Assembly (NCBI GenBank): GCA_024229275.1
Contig: JAAESQ010000672.1
Coordinates: forward strand, 163-64,162
Origin: a bacterium
GTDB taxonomy: Bacteria > Acidobacteriota > Thermoanaerobaculia > Thermoanaerobaculales > Sulfomarinibacteraceae
Direction of reading: 5' to 3'
DNA: 64,000 bases
A program made the translations under genes and the position numbers. The notes under the pieces are model-generated. The model was given only the letters and a program-made list of their open reading frames with translations. It made no database searches and was not told the DNA's origin. Positions within the stretch are counted from its first letter, which is position 1; every line of letters starts with the position of its first letter. Of the stretch, positions 12,501-21,048 are shown piece after piece.

Positions 12501-12948
12501 GCCCGAGCTGCAATGCCTGAGTTCGGTGAAGTGTGGACCGAATGGCGTCATTTCCGCACTGGCCGCTCCTGGACCACCTCCCTCACAGTGGATGGACAAA
12601 CCCCTGCGGAGCGCATGGCTGGCGTCGCCACTCGCCATTGACGCCGGCTTCCAATTGATGTTGTTGTGGGGCTTTCAGCAGCAAAACGCAGGATCGCTCC
12701 CCAGCCGAGTTGGTGAGTACCGTCAGTTCAAGCGTTCATTCCCAAAAACAGGTGTACGCGTTGTCGTTCATATCACTGAGCACGATGAACACCGTTCGGT
12801 CGCACGGATCGAGTTCACAAATCCAACATCCGGCGAACTTGTCGCCAGGATGACTGATTGCGAATGCGTAATCGACGCGTCGCTGAATGAGGCGTTCAGG
12901 CGCAACACGCTTCGTCTGGAATCAATTAGCCAAGCCGGATCCAGATAG
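6508..12948 (+). CDS. pfaA: PfaA-like iterative type I PKS/PUFA synthase: KS-MAT-ACPx3-KR-DH
   Basis: KS DAACASS/EAHGTGT/GHAKAAAG; AT GHSYG and AFHS; three LGIDSIKRVEI ACPs; KR GGARGVT with YSVAN; C-terminal hot-dog DH (LFHGP); overlaps pfaD stop. Confidence 0.95.
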   Translation: MKLIESDHTKGPDQRLVSEPIAIIGIGCLFPKAADLRAYWANIVSGVDAITDVPETHWRRSDYYAADPKAQDRTTATRGGFLPPIDFDPLEFGVQPKVIEATDSSQLLGMYAAGRALKNAGYGPDTQFNRDRVSVLLGVTGALELTTTLGARLGHPRWRDALMDAGVDDGTAEDVISRISESYVPWQENSFPGLLGNVVAGRISNYLDLGGTNCVVDAACASSLSALHLAVMELQTGRSDMVVSGGVDSFNDIFMYTCFSKTHALSPSGDARPFDADGDGRIVGEGIGLIVLKRLQDAERDNDRIYAVIRSIGTSSDGKGNAIYAPSAEGQKKALRDAYERAGVTPDTVELVEAHGTGTKVGDAVELSALKDVYGDAPSGPWCAVGSVKSQIGHAKAAAGAAGIIKVAMALHHKVLPPTIKVEVPIDELTQKGAPFYVNSAARPWLPNADHPRRAAVSAFGFGGSNFHCVLEEHCDEKKAAAWDGNVELVAFSADGIEGLKDALREIAKEASWEDFARCAAGTRLRFDSGRSHRLLLVATPDCDRPARFLKAATMLDEQADKMAWSTPDGTWYGRGDRPGKLAFVFPGQGAQYVGMCRDLACRFPEFLQALTFADAASDGLTDAMYPPAAWDAETKAAQDATLRDTRTAQPAIGAISSGALRLLARFGVAPDAVAGHSYGELVALNAAGRLDADALRRLSKLRGALMHVDEGDKGGMIAVTSSPAMAETVIQEAGLNLVIANKNAPEQVVLSGGSEEIQKAKEAFVERDIRCTVLDVSAAFHSEYVADAAEPLLEALINTKISPATIPVFANTTAEEYPLQPGDAREILAFQLARPVEYVELIENVYAAGVRTFLEVGPGARQTGLIANILAGRNHSALALDSSSGKRSGVVDFARSLAQLAALGHTVDLSCWNEGCADAEVRKPKLVVPISGANYAAPREKRPPAPKPTPGATRSTECVSEVAPAAAQAIQTVQANIIALQKMQEQTARLHQQFLDGQQASARALSEMLGGRLSTVPDAEPLPVVASEATGVLERAPESPEPEPIPTPAAETSMIETILLGTVADKTGYPVDMLELDMSLDSDLGIDSIKRVEILSDLQEQLPEAPTIEAHHLGELQTLRQIVDHLAAGVTVSQQPAASAPVPTADEGPSQIESILLGTVADKTGYPVDMLELDMSLDSDLGIDSIKRVEILSDLQEQLPEAPTIEAHHLGELQTLRQIVDHLAAGVTVSQQPGAPAPILTANGEPSHIESILLGTVADKTGYPVDMLELDMSLDSDLGIDSIKRVEILSDLQEQLPEAPTIESHHLGELQTLRHIVDHLTHVTILPTVASEPEPKPVREVPTSNKTVERLVLSIEPMELDSNRELANIDKSAPIWITNDGAGLAVAIQSHLIDLGYSTELIAIDRENLLSPPTELAGLLIVAPPEGSDDAFLSDAFRVLQQAEVGLRGTGAGAGAVFATVSRLDGCFGLGDGASNWNPICGGLAGLSKTARLEWPDVRCVALDVGDDFPGAEQAAEAVVAELFVTGSAEVGLSNGRRCGLRLDPNPLPTEQIAEDELPVKAGDVVVVSGGARGVTAEVAATLGEATQATLVLLGRSLEPHDEPDWLASLTGQAEIKRAIVQNDSANITPKELQQQYQAVKANREIVRNIERMTVAGAKVKYFSVDLRDAEAVATVIAHARQEFGPIKGIIHGAGVLADRLIADKTMEQFAHVYSTKVGGLRSLLTATEVDDLRFMVLFSSSTGRFGRTGQIDYSVANEVLNRTAQSESRRRPNCRVVAVNWGPWDGGMVTPALKGVFEAEGIALIDREAGSQYLLGEIANPRGPVEVVLMGGPLPVKTDAVTESPKTLKLPETLDKAFELELNVRSHPFLKSHVLNGHTALPAAMTIDWLAHGAMHANLGLRFHGLNELRVFKGVTIEGNETAALRILAGPALQKGETYAVPVEMRGTVSGNPDRLFASAEVLLAASLPQGTAAIDDTAGHPYPDDDIYGSLLFHGPELQCLSSVKCGPNGVISALAAPGPPPSQWMDKPLRSAWLASPLAIDAGFQLMLLWGFQQQNAGSLPSRVGEYRQFKRSFPKTGVRVVVHITEHDEHRSVARIEFTNPTSGELVARMTDCECVIDASLNEAFRRNTLRLESISQAGSR
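9673..10470 (+). repeat. Three near-identical tandem ACP-coding units, 291-bp period
   Basis: Units begin at 9673, 9964 and 10255 with nearly identical DNA. Confidence 0.92.
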
Positions 12949-12949
12949 G

Positions 12950-15900
12950 ATGAGCGGCCATCGGTCCGTTGCCATCGTCGGCATCGGAGGAGTATTCCCC
13001 GAAGCGCCAGATCCGCAGACCCTATGGCGGAACATACTGAGCCGAACGAGCGCCGCTCGCGAGGTTCCATCGGGCCGATGGGAGCTTTCGCCGGAAGACG
13101 CCTATGACCCGCACCCGGCCATGCCGGACAAGGTCAGCTCGAAGCGGGCGTGCTTCGTTGATCCGTCGTCTTTCTCGATTGACACGACCCAACTCAATCT
13201 CTCGACTGAGCTTCTTGACGAACTCGATCCGCTCTTCCACCTGCTTCTCTATGCAGGCCAACAAGCCTTCGAGGACGCTGGCGCAGACGGGTGGGATCGT
13301 CGTCGGATCGGAGCAATCGTCGGGAATCTGGTTCTGCCGACAGATGCCTCTGCTGCACTTGCCCACGAAACGCTAGGACGAACCTTCGAGGAGATCGTAC
13401 GTCCTGATAGACCCTTGCAGGTACACCAAACACATCCACTGAACCGATATGTGGCCGGGTTGCCCGCGGGAATCCTGTCAAAAGCCCTGGAACTCGGAGG
13501 GGGCTGCCACACACTCGACGCAGCGTGTGCATCTTCGCTGTACGCGTTGAAGCTCGCAATCGATGAATTGACCTCACACCGAGCCGACGCCATGCTCGCA
13601 GGAGGCGTCTCACGGCCGTCTTCGCTCTATACGCAGATGGGCTTCTCCCAATTGACGGCGGTTTCTCCGTCGGGCACACCGTCACCGTTCGACGTCGATG
13701 GTGACGGACTCGTCGTCGGCGAAGGCGCCGGAGTATTCGTGCTCAAGCGAACAGAAGATGCTGTGCGCGACGGCGACCACATCTACGGTGTCATCCGCGG
13801 CATAGGGCTATCAAACGACGTAGGCGGTCGTTTATTGGCGCCGACCTCCGAAGGACAGCTTCGCGCGATGCGCGCTGCCTATAGACAGGCCGGTTGGAAT
13901 CCTACTGATGTCGATCTGGTCGAGTGCCACGCCACCGGAATTCCGATGGGCGATTCGGTTGAAATCGAGAGCCTTAAAGCCCTGTGGCTATGCGAGGACG
14001 GCACAAACAAACAGAGCGCGTATCCATGGAAGCCAGGCCAGTGCGTGATTGGATCGGTCAAGTCAAACGTTGGCCATCTGTTGACAGCTGCGGCCTCGGC
14101 AGCGTTGACCAAAGTGCTTTTCGCCCTGAAGGAAGAAACGCTGCCTCCGGCTGCGAACTTCACTCGAGCACATGAGGGTCTCGGCCTGGATGAGAGCCCT
14201 TTCCGCGTGCTGAAAGCCGGCGAGGTATGGGCGAAGCGCGACGACGCCACACCCCGAAGAGCCGCGATCAGTGCCTTCGGATTCGGCGGTATCAACGCTC
14301 ACGCACTGGTCGAGGAATGGCAGGTTCCTGGATCAAAACAGATCGCCGTGGAAGTAGTTCCGGCTACAGCGGCGGACGTAGCCATAGTTGGTCTGGATGC
14401 ACACTTCGGCCATTGGAAGGGACTGAAAGCCTTCCAGGAGCGAGTGCTCGGCGGCAGGTCCGATGAGGATTACTCTGAGGCCGGGCGATGCTGGGGAGTT
14501 GAGAGAAGTGCGTGGTTCAGTGAAGAAGGGCCTAGCGATCAGACTTTGTCGGGCCGGCGCATCAACAGCCTTTATGTGCCTCTCGATCGCTTCCGAATCC
14601 CTCCGAAAGAACTCAAGGAGATGCTGCCGCAGCAGCTATTGATGCTTGAAGTTGCATCCGGCGCTTGGCACGACGCCCAACTCGATGATGAAAGTGATAA
14701 CTCTGCGGGTGTTTTCATCGGGCTGGGATTCGACCTCAACGCAACAAACTTCCATCTCCGCTGGACGATGCCCAACAACGTACGTCGCTGGAGTCACGAT
14801 CTTTGCAGTGACGAGCTTGCTGACTGGACGTTTGCCCTGCGCGAAGCCGCGGGGCCGCCGCTGACGGCGAATCGAACGATGGGCGCTCTCGGCAGCGTTG
14901 TTGCCAGTCGCATTGCCCGCGAGCTTCGCCTTGGAGGCCCGAGCTTCACCATATCGAGTGAAGAGACCTCCGGCATCCATGCGCTCCGGGTGGCGGTCCA
15001 GGCACTGACAGATGGAGACATCGACGTCGCCCTCGCCGGGGCCGTTGATTTGGCTGGAGACATCCGAGCCGTCCTTTCGTCTCACGTGAGTAGGCCGTTC
15101 TCGGCATCCGGCACAGCTCGGCCGTTCGACGTATCAGCCGACGGTACATCTCTCGGCGAAGGCGCGGCAGCCCTCGTTCTCAAGCGGCTCGAAGATGCAC
15201 TTGCTGACGGCGATCGAGTCTATGGAGTCATTAAGGGAATCGGTAGCGCATCGGGAGGTGCGGCTGAGGCGCCATGTCCCGACGCCGAGACCAGCATGAA
15301 AGCGATGGAACGCGCCTACTCCCAGGCGCGGATCGATCCGGCGACAATCGGCTACATCGTTACAAACGGCAGTGGTTGCCCCACTGAAGATGCTGCAGAG
15401 GCCGAAGCTCTTGCAGCGTTCTTCCGATTTGATGATGGCCAGACCTGCGCGTTGGGTAGCGCGAAGAGCGACGTTGGCCACGCGGGAGCTGCGTCAGGCT
15501 TGGCGTCGGTCGTCAAGGCGTGTTTGAGCCTGTACCAGGAGATCATTCCGCCGCTGCGCGGCTTTGAGAATCCGAGATCCGAGTTCCTCGTCGGTGACTG
15601 CTCGTTCTTCATGCCCTCATCGCCGAGGTTCTGGCTCCATGATAGTGGGAACGGGCCGCGACGAGCCGCAGCTCACACGTTCAGCATCGACGGCAACTGT
15701 GCGCATGTTGTGCTCGAAGGCCTCGAGTCCGAACACCAGTCGAAGCGCATCTTGCCTGCGACAGCTGCCTCAATCGAACACTCGAAACGCCGACCGCTGG
15801 GGGCTCCCAACGAGGCCTTGTTTGTAGTCTCGGGCGATACTCATCCCCAGCTCATCGACGGGTTGACCGAATTGGCCGAGTTTGCCGGAATTGATTCCCA

Positions 15901-18900
15901 CTCCTCGCATGACGCAGTCGGCAACCTGGCCCGCCGGTGGTGGCGGCGCCGAGGGGCTGATGTCGGCCACGATCTCGCTGTGGCACTCATCGCTAGGAAC
16001 ACGACCGAGCTGATCGAACAGGCAAATTTCGCGCGCGAGTCTATTTCGCGATCACCAAACGACCGGATAAGCGGCGCTGACCCAAAGCCGTTTGCGCGCG
16101 ATCGGGTTTTCTACAGCGCCAAACCATTTGGGCGTAGTACCGACCCCTCCGGCCAACTCGCGTTCGTGTTTCCCGGCTCGGGCAATCAATATGCTGACAT
16201 GGGCCGCGATTTGTTTGTGCGATGGCCCGAAACACTACGCCAACAGCAAGCCGAGAATCTGCGTCTGGCAGGCCAGTTTCGGCCGGATCGTTTTTGGAAC
16301 CATGATGCGTGGACAGAAGAAACTCTGAACGAGACGCTTGCCGACCACAATGCGATGATTCTCGGACAAGTGGCGCTGGGCACGGCCGTGAGCCAGCTCA
16401 TGCAAAGCTTCGGTGTCTCACCCGACGCCGTGATTGGCTACAGCCTTGGTGAAACGGCCGGACTTTTCTCTTTGCGTGCCTGGACCAATCGCGACGAGAT
16501 GCTCCAGCGCATCGAATCGTCGACCCTGTTCACCGACGAGCTTGCCGGCGACTTCAACGCTGCTCGCAGAACATGGAACTTGCCACCCAACGAAATCGTG
16601 GACTGGGTTCTCGGTGTGATAGACCGGCCAATCTCAGTGCTGAAGCGCGCACTCAAGGACCGCAAGAGGGCCTATGCTCTCATCGCCAACACTCCGCACG
16701 AAAGCGTTGTTGGCGGCGCGCGGGGGGTCGTCAAGGATCTTGTTAACGAACTCAAGTGCGAGTTCATCCCCGTCAAGGGAGTCACCGCAGCCCACTGCGA
16801 GATTGTGAAGGCGGTCGAACGGCCGTACCGTGATCTCCATGTTTTTGAAGTGACGCCACCCGAGGGAGTCGAGTTCTACAGCGGTGCTTGGGCTAGGCCC
16901 TATCAGGTGACGAGCGACAGTGCGGCCGACGCGATCCTCGCCCACGCCCTTCACGGTGTGGACTACTGCAAGACGATCGAAGCGGCCTACAAACGGGGTG
17001 TGCGGATATTTCTCGAACTCGGGCCAGGAGCGTCGTGTAGCCGCATGATCAGCAGGATCCTCGACGATCGTCCTCACGTTGCGAGGTCGGTCTGTATGTC
17101 CGACCGCGATGCCACATCGCTCATCCTTCGCGGGCTGGGCCAACTCGTTGCTGAGCGCGTCGAGGTCGATCTTGACTCGCTCTACTCAGACCATGAGCCG
17201 CTTGAATCCTGCGACCAGACAAATGCCTCGCCCACACTGAGCGTGCCCATCGGCGGCGATCCGTTCTGCGTACCGAAGCCGCCTGCGCCGGCCCAAACCA
17301 CGTCAGCCGAGAGCGTTCCCAATAAAGTGGCATCGGCGAAACTCCCTGACCTGCCAACAGTTGATCCGACATCTGTCGCATCAGACACAATGGCTCTTGT
17401 GAATCAGATTGCGCAGACCGAGATGGCGAGAGCCGACGCGCACGAGGCGTTTCTAAAGGCATCAGCCGAGATCGAAAAGGCGATGTTGGAGGCAGTCGCC
17501 ATCCAAAAGTCGATGCTTGGAGTACCCGGTGCGGATCTTTCGGATAGCTCCCTGCGGATGACTGAGGTGCAGTCCACTGCGTCGTCCGTCTTCCTCACGC
17601 GCGAGCAATGTATGGAGTTTGCCGTAGGCCGGGTCGGAAATGTCTTTGGGCCTGAGTTCGCAGAGGTCGATACGTATCCGACACGTGTGAGACTGCCTGA
17701 CGACCCGCTCATGTTGGTCCACCGAGTGATCGCAATCGAAGGCGAGCCAAAGTCGCTCGGCAGCGGTCGCATCGTCACTGAGCACGACGTCGCACCAGAT
17801 GTCTGGCATCTCGACGGTGGAAGCGCGCCGACCTGTATCGCAGTTGAAGCAGGTCAGGCCGACCTGATGTTGTCGGGCTATCTCGGCATCGATTTCAAGG
17901 GCCGAGGTCTGGCTGTGTATCGCCTGCTCGACGCCGACATCACCTTCCACCGTCATCTGCCCGTTCCGGGTGAGACCATCCGCTACGACATCCGAATCGA
18001 AGAGTTCTTCGTCCACAACGGCACCTGGTTCTTCCGCTTCCAGTACGACGGTATGGTCGCTGGCCAGCCGCTCATGACCATGCGGAACGGTTGCGCAGGC
18101 TTCTTCACCGAAGAGGAACTCGCAGCTGGGCGCGGCATCGTTGAGACAAAACTCGACACTGCTCCGACCGCCGGTAAAAGGCCCGACGATTGGGAGGATC
18201 TCGTTTCGATGGCTGTGGAGGCCTACGACGAAGAACAGCTCGATGCGCTCCGATCGGGCGATCTCGCCGCGTGCTTCGGTCCTCAGTTTGACGGGCTGAC
18301 GCTCGGGCCCAACCAGCGCCTACCGGGTGGCGACATGACGCTTGTTCACCGTGTGATCGAACTCGATCCGAGTGGTGGTCGCTTCGGCCTCGGTTGCATA
18401 CGTGCTGAAGCCGACATCCGCCCCGATGACTGGTTCCTCACCTGCCACTTCGTCGATGACAAAGTAATGCCCGGCACGTTGATGTTCGAGTGCTGCATGC
18501 ACACGATGAGGGTCTTTCTGCTGCGGATGGGTTGGATCACGGAAGATGAGAGCGGCGCTTACGAACCGATCTCGGGCGTCAAGAGTCGCCTGAAATGTAG
18601 AGGGCAAGTACTCGACACGACAGCCGTCGTCACCTATGAAGTCGCTATCAAAGAATTGGGCTACGGCCCCGAGCCATATGCGATAGCCGATGCCAAGATG
18701 TTCGCCGACGGCCGGCATATTGTCGGAATCGAAGATATGTCGATCCGCTTCACCGGTCTTAGCCGCGAGCAACTCACTGCGCTTTGGAGTAGCCGAGAAA
18801 GTGGGAGCGTTGAACCGAAGCCTGCGATCTACGATCGCGACAGCATCCTCGCATTCGCGGTCGGCAAACCGTCAGAGGCGTTCGGCGACAGGTACGAAGT

Positions 18901-19909
18901 TTTCGACAATGATCGCGTGATCGCACGGCTGCCCGGCCCTCCCTACGCTTTCATCGATCGCATCACCAGAGTGCAGGGCGAACCGTGGAATATGATCCCA
19001 GGCGGCGTGGCGGAGGCGCAGTACGAGATCCCACCAGATGCGTGGTACTTCGGCGCCAACCGTCAAGCCGACATGCCTTTCGCCGTGCTGCTCGAAGTTG
19101 CCCTCCAGCCGTGCGGTTGGCTCGCGGCATATGTCGGTTCGGCACTGACGAGCGACACCGATCTCAGCTTCCGCAACCTCGGTGGTGATGCCGTGCAATA
19201 CCTTCGGGTCCTGCTCGACACCGGTTTGTTGACCACCACCGCGAAGCTCACGAGCGTGTCGAACTCGGCCGGCATGATCATCCAGAACTACGATATGGAG
19301 ATTCAGTGTTCAACCGGAACCGTCTACAGAGGCAAGACCAGCTTTGGTTTCTTCTCGAAGGAGGCTCTTGCTCAGCAGGTTGGCGTTCAGGGCGCGCAAC
19401 GCTACCAACCGAGCAGTGACGAGATCGAACGTGGGAGAAGCTCCGACTACCCGATAAGCGCACCGTTTCCCGAGCAACAACTGCGCATGATCGAGAGCAT
19501 TGAACTGTTCGTTTCAGATGGCGGACCCAATGGGCTGGGCTTCATCCGTGGCATCAAGAAAGTCGATCCGGACGAGTGGTTCTTTAAGGCACATTTTCAC
19601 CAGGATCCCGTCATGCCGGGTTCGCTCGGTCTTGAAGCATTCAATCAACTGCTCAAAGTCGCTGCGTGCGATCGCTGGGGGACTGCCACTGACACCGAGA
19701 TGACGACCGTTGCCGTAGGAGAGGGCCACACGTGGGCCTATCGGGGCCAAGTAGTTCCATCCAACGGGAAGGTGACCGTGGAGGCAACCGTTACGTCGAT
19801 AGACGACAAACGGCGAATGATTCGTGCCGATGGTTTCTTGGTCGTCGACGGCAAGGTGATCTACAAGATGACGGACTTCACACTCGAGATGCGCGTGGTC
19901 GGCAGATGA
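12950..19909 (+). CDS. pfaBC: PfaBC fusion (Pfa3-like): KS-CLF-AT-FabA-type DH domains
   Basis: KS DAACASS/ECHATG/GHLLTAAA; second KS lacks the catalytic Cys (SSEETSG, chain-length factor); AT GYSLG; two FabA motifs CHFVDDKVMPG and AHFHQDPVMPGSLG; starts 1 nt after pfaA stop. Confidence 0.93.
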   Translation: MSGHRSVAIVGIGGVFPEAPDPQTLWRNILSRTSAAREVPSGRWELSPEDAYDPHPAMPDKVSSKRACFVDPSSFSIDTTQLNLSTELLDELDPLFHLLLYAGQQAFEDAGADGWDRRRIGAIVGNLVLPTDASAALAHETLGRTFEEIVRPDRPLQVHQTHPLNRYVAGLPAGILSKALELGGGCHTLDAACASSLYALKLAIDELTSHRADAMLAGGVSRPSSLYTQMGFSQLTAVSPSGTPSPFDVDGDGLVVGEGAGVFVLKRTEDAVRDGDHIYGVIRGIGLSNDVGGRLLAPTSEGQLRAMRAAYRQAGWNPTDVDLVECHATGIPMGDSVEIESLKALWLCEDGTNKQSAYPWKPGQCVIGSVKSNVGHLLTAAASAALTKVLFALKEETLPPAANFTRAHEGLGLDESPFRVLKAGEVWAKRDDATPRRAAISAFGFGGINAHALVEEWQVPGSKQIAVEVVPATAADVAIVGLDAHFGHWKGLKAFQERVLGGRSDEDYSEAGRCWGVERSAWFSEEGPSDQTLSGRRINSLYVPLDRFRIPPKELKEMLPQQLLMLEVASGAWHDAQLDDESDNSAGVFIGLGFDLNATNFHLRWTMPNNVRRWSHDLCSDELADWTFALREAAGPPLTANRTMGALGSVVASRIARELRLGGPSFTISSEETSGIHALRVAVQALTDGDIDVALAGAVDLAGDIRAVLSSHVSRPFSASGTARPFDVSADGTSLGEGAAALVLKRLEDALADGDRVYGVIKGIGSASGGAAEAPCPDAETSMKAMERAYSQARIDPATIGYIVTNGSGCPTEDAAEAEALAAFFRFDDGQTCALGSAKSDVGHAGAASGLASVVKACLSLYQEIIPPLRGFENPRSEFLVGDCSFFMPSSPRFWLHDSGNGPRRAAAHTFSIDGNCAHVVLEGLESEHQSKRILPATAASIEHSKRRPLGAPNEALFVVSGDTHPQLIDGLTELAEFAGIDSHSSHDAVGNLARRWWRRRGADVGHDLAVALIARNTTELIEQANFARESISRSPNDRISGADPKPFARDRVFYSAKPFGRSTDPSGQLAFVFPGSGNQYADMGRDLFVRWPETLRQQQAENLRLAGQFRPDRFWNHDAWTEETLNETLADHNAMILGQVALGTAVSQLMQSFGVSPDAVIGYSLGETAGLFSLRAWTNRDEMLQRIESSTLFTDELAGDFNAARRTWNLPPNEIVDWVLGVIDRPISVLKRALKDRKRAYALIANTPHESVVGGARGVVKDLVNELKCEFIPVKGVTAAHCEIVKAVERPYRDLHVFEVTPPEGVEFYSGAWARPYQVTSDSAADAILAHALHGVDYCKTIEAAYKRGVRIFLELGPGASCSRMISRILDDRPHVARSVCMSDRDATSLILRGLGQLVAERVEVDLDSLYSDHEPLESCDQTNASPTLSVPIGGDPFCVPKPPAPAQTTSAESVPNKVASAKLPDLPTVDPTSVASDTMALVNQIAQTEMARADAHEAFLKASAEIEKAMLEAVAIQKSMLGVPGADLSDSSLRMTEVQSTASSVFLTREQCMEFAVGRVGNVFGPEFAEVDTYPTRVRLPDDPLMLVHRVIAIEGEPKSLGSGRIVTEHDVAPDVWHLDGGSAPTCIAVEAGQADLMLSGYLGIDFKGRGLAVYRLLDADITFHRHLPVPGETIRYDIRIEEFFVHNGTWFFRFQYDGMVAGQPLMTMRNGCAGFFTEEELAAGRGIVETKLDTAPTAGKRPDDWEDLVSMAVEAYDEEQLDALRSGDLAACFGPQFDGLTLGPNQRLPGGDMTLVHRVIELDPSGGRFGLGCIRAEADIRPDDWFLTCHFVDDKVMPGTLMFECCMHTMRVFLLRMGWITEDESGAYEPISGVKSRLKCRGQVLDTTAVVTYEVAIKELGYGPEPYAIADAKMFADGRHIVGIEDMSIRFTGLSREQLTALWSSRESGSVEPKPAIYDRDSILAFAVGKPSEAFGDRYEVFDNDRVIARLPGPPYAFIDRITRVQGEPWNMIPGGVAEAQYEIPPDAWYFGANRQADMPFAVLLEVALQPCGWLAAYVGSALTSDTDLSFRNLGGDAVQYLRVLLDTGLLTTTAKLTSVSNSAGMIIQNYDMEIQCSTGTVYRGKTSFGFFSKEALAQQVGVQGAQRYQPSSDEIERGRSSDYPISAPFPEQQLRMIESIELFVSDGGPNGLGFIRGIKKVDPDEWFFKAHFHQDPVMPGSLGLEAFNQLLKVAACDRWGTATDTEMTTVAVGEGHTWAYRGQVVPSNGKVTVEATVTSIDDKRRMIRADGFLVVDGKVIYKMTDFTLEMRVVGR

Positions 19910-20955
19910 AGTATTCGAAGGTCTTCATCGAAGCTATCGCCTATGAACTCGCTCCGGTCGTCGTGAGTTCGGAGGAACTCGAGGAGCGTCTCGAGCCCCT
20001 CTACCAAGAACTACACATGTCGGGGGGGCAACTCGAGGCTCTGACCGGTATCGAGGAGCGCCGCTGGTGGCACGAGGGCTACGCCCTGTCGGATGGAGCG
20101 ATTGCAGCGGCCGGCAAAGCGATCAACGCTTCTCGTGTGGGTGTCGATGAGATCGAGGCTGTAGTGTATACCGGCGTCGGTCGCGAGCATTTTGAGCCGG
20201 CAACAGCCTGCCGCGTGGCCGACGAGTTGGGTGTCGCTCCAACTGCTGTCATTCACGACATCAGCAATGCCTGCCTTGGGATGCTCAGCGGAATAGTCGA
20301 TGTTGCCAACCGAATCGAGCTGGGCCAACTGCGCGCCGGCCTTGTTGTTTCGTGTGAAACAGCCAGAGACATTGTCGAGGAGGCCATCCGCTGCATGTTG
20401 GAAAGCCAGACAATGGAGCTTTTCGCTTCGTCAGTGGCGACATTGACGGGAGGTTCCGGCGCAGCGGCGATTTTGTTGACCGACGGATCGTTTGGCCCAC
20501 CGATTTCGAAGAGAAAGAAACTCCTCGGCGGCTGCATTCAGGCCGCCCCGAAACACCATGGACTCTGCCGGTGGGGGATGACACCCAGAGGCCTCCGAAC
20601 TTTCAAAGAAACGATGAGAACTGACGCGCCTTCGGTGATGAAATATGGCGTTGAATTGGGCGTTCGAACATGGCTCGCGTTTCTCGACGAACTTGGTTGG
20701 ACGCCTGACGATGTCGACAAAGTAATCTGCCACCAAGTCGGATCCTCGAATCAAACAGCGGTCCTCGAAGCGATGGACATTCCGCTCGAGAAGGACTTCG
20801 CGACGTACCCCTACCTCGGAAACATCGGTACTGTATCGCTGCCGCTTACAGCTGCTTTGGCCGACGAACGCGGCTTCCTTCGCCCTGGTGACCGCGTTGG
20901 TTTTCTCGGAATCGGTAGCGGACTCAACTGCATGATGCTGGGCGTGGAATGGTAA
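19906..20955 (+). CDS. oleA: OleA-type thiolase-fold condensing enzyme (3-oxoacyl-ACP synthase III family)
   Basis: FEPATA (OleA catalytic Glu region), SNACLG, TLTGGSGA, CHQVG, LGNIG, GIGSGLNC; ATGA overlap with pfaBC. Confidence 0.85.
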   Translation: MKYSKVFIEAIAYELAPVVVSSEELEERLEPLYQELHMSGGQLEALTGIEERRWWHEGYALSDGAIAAAGKAINASRVGVDEIEAVVYTGVGREHFEPATACRVADELGVAPTAVIHDISNACLGMLSGIVDVANRIELGQLRAGLVVSCETARDIVEEAIRCMLESQTMELFASSVATLTGGSGAAAILLTDGSFGPPISKRKKLLGGCIQAAPKHHGLCRWGMTPRGLRTFKETMRTDAPSVMKYGVELGVRTWLAFLDELGWTPDDVDKVICHQVGSSNQTAVLEAMDIPLEKDFATYPYLGNIGTVSLPLTAALADERGFLRPGDRVGFLGIGSGLNCMMLGVEW

Positions 20956-20996
20956 AAGAACGGCTTCTCTTGTCGAAGCCGAGCTGATCCATCAAC

Positions 20997-21027
20997 AGAA
21001 AGCGGGACACCCGAACGGGCGTCCCGC
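20997..21027. terminator. GC-rich hairpin between the convergent oleA and selenoprotein genes
   Basis: GCGGGACACCCG-AA-CGGGCGTCCCGC; followed by TTTCTGTT on the minus strand. Confidence 0.65.
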
Positions 21028-21048
21028 GAATGATCACTCTGAAATGTC

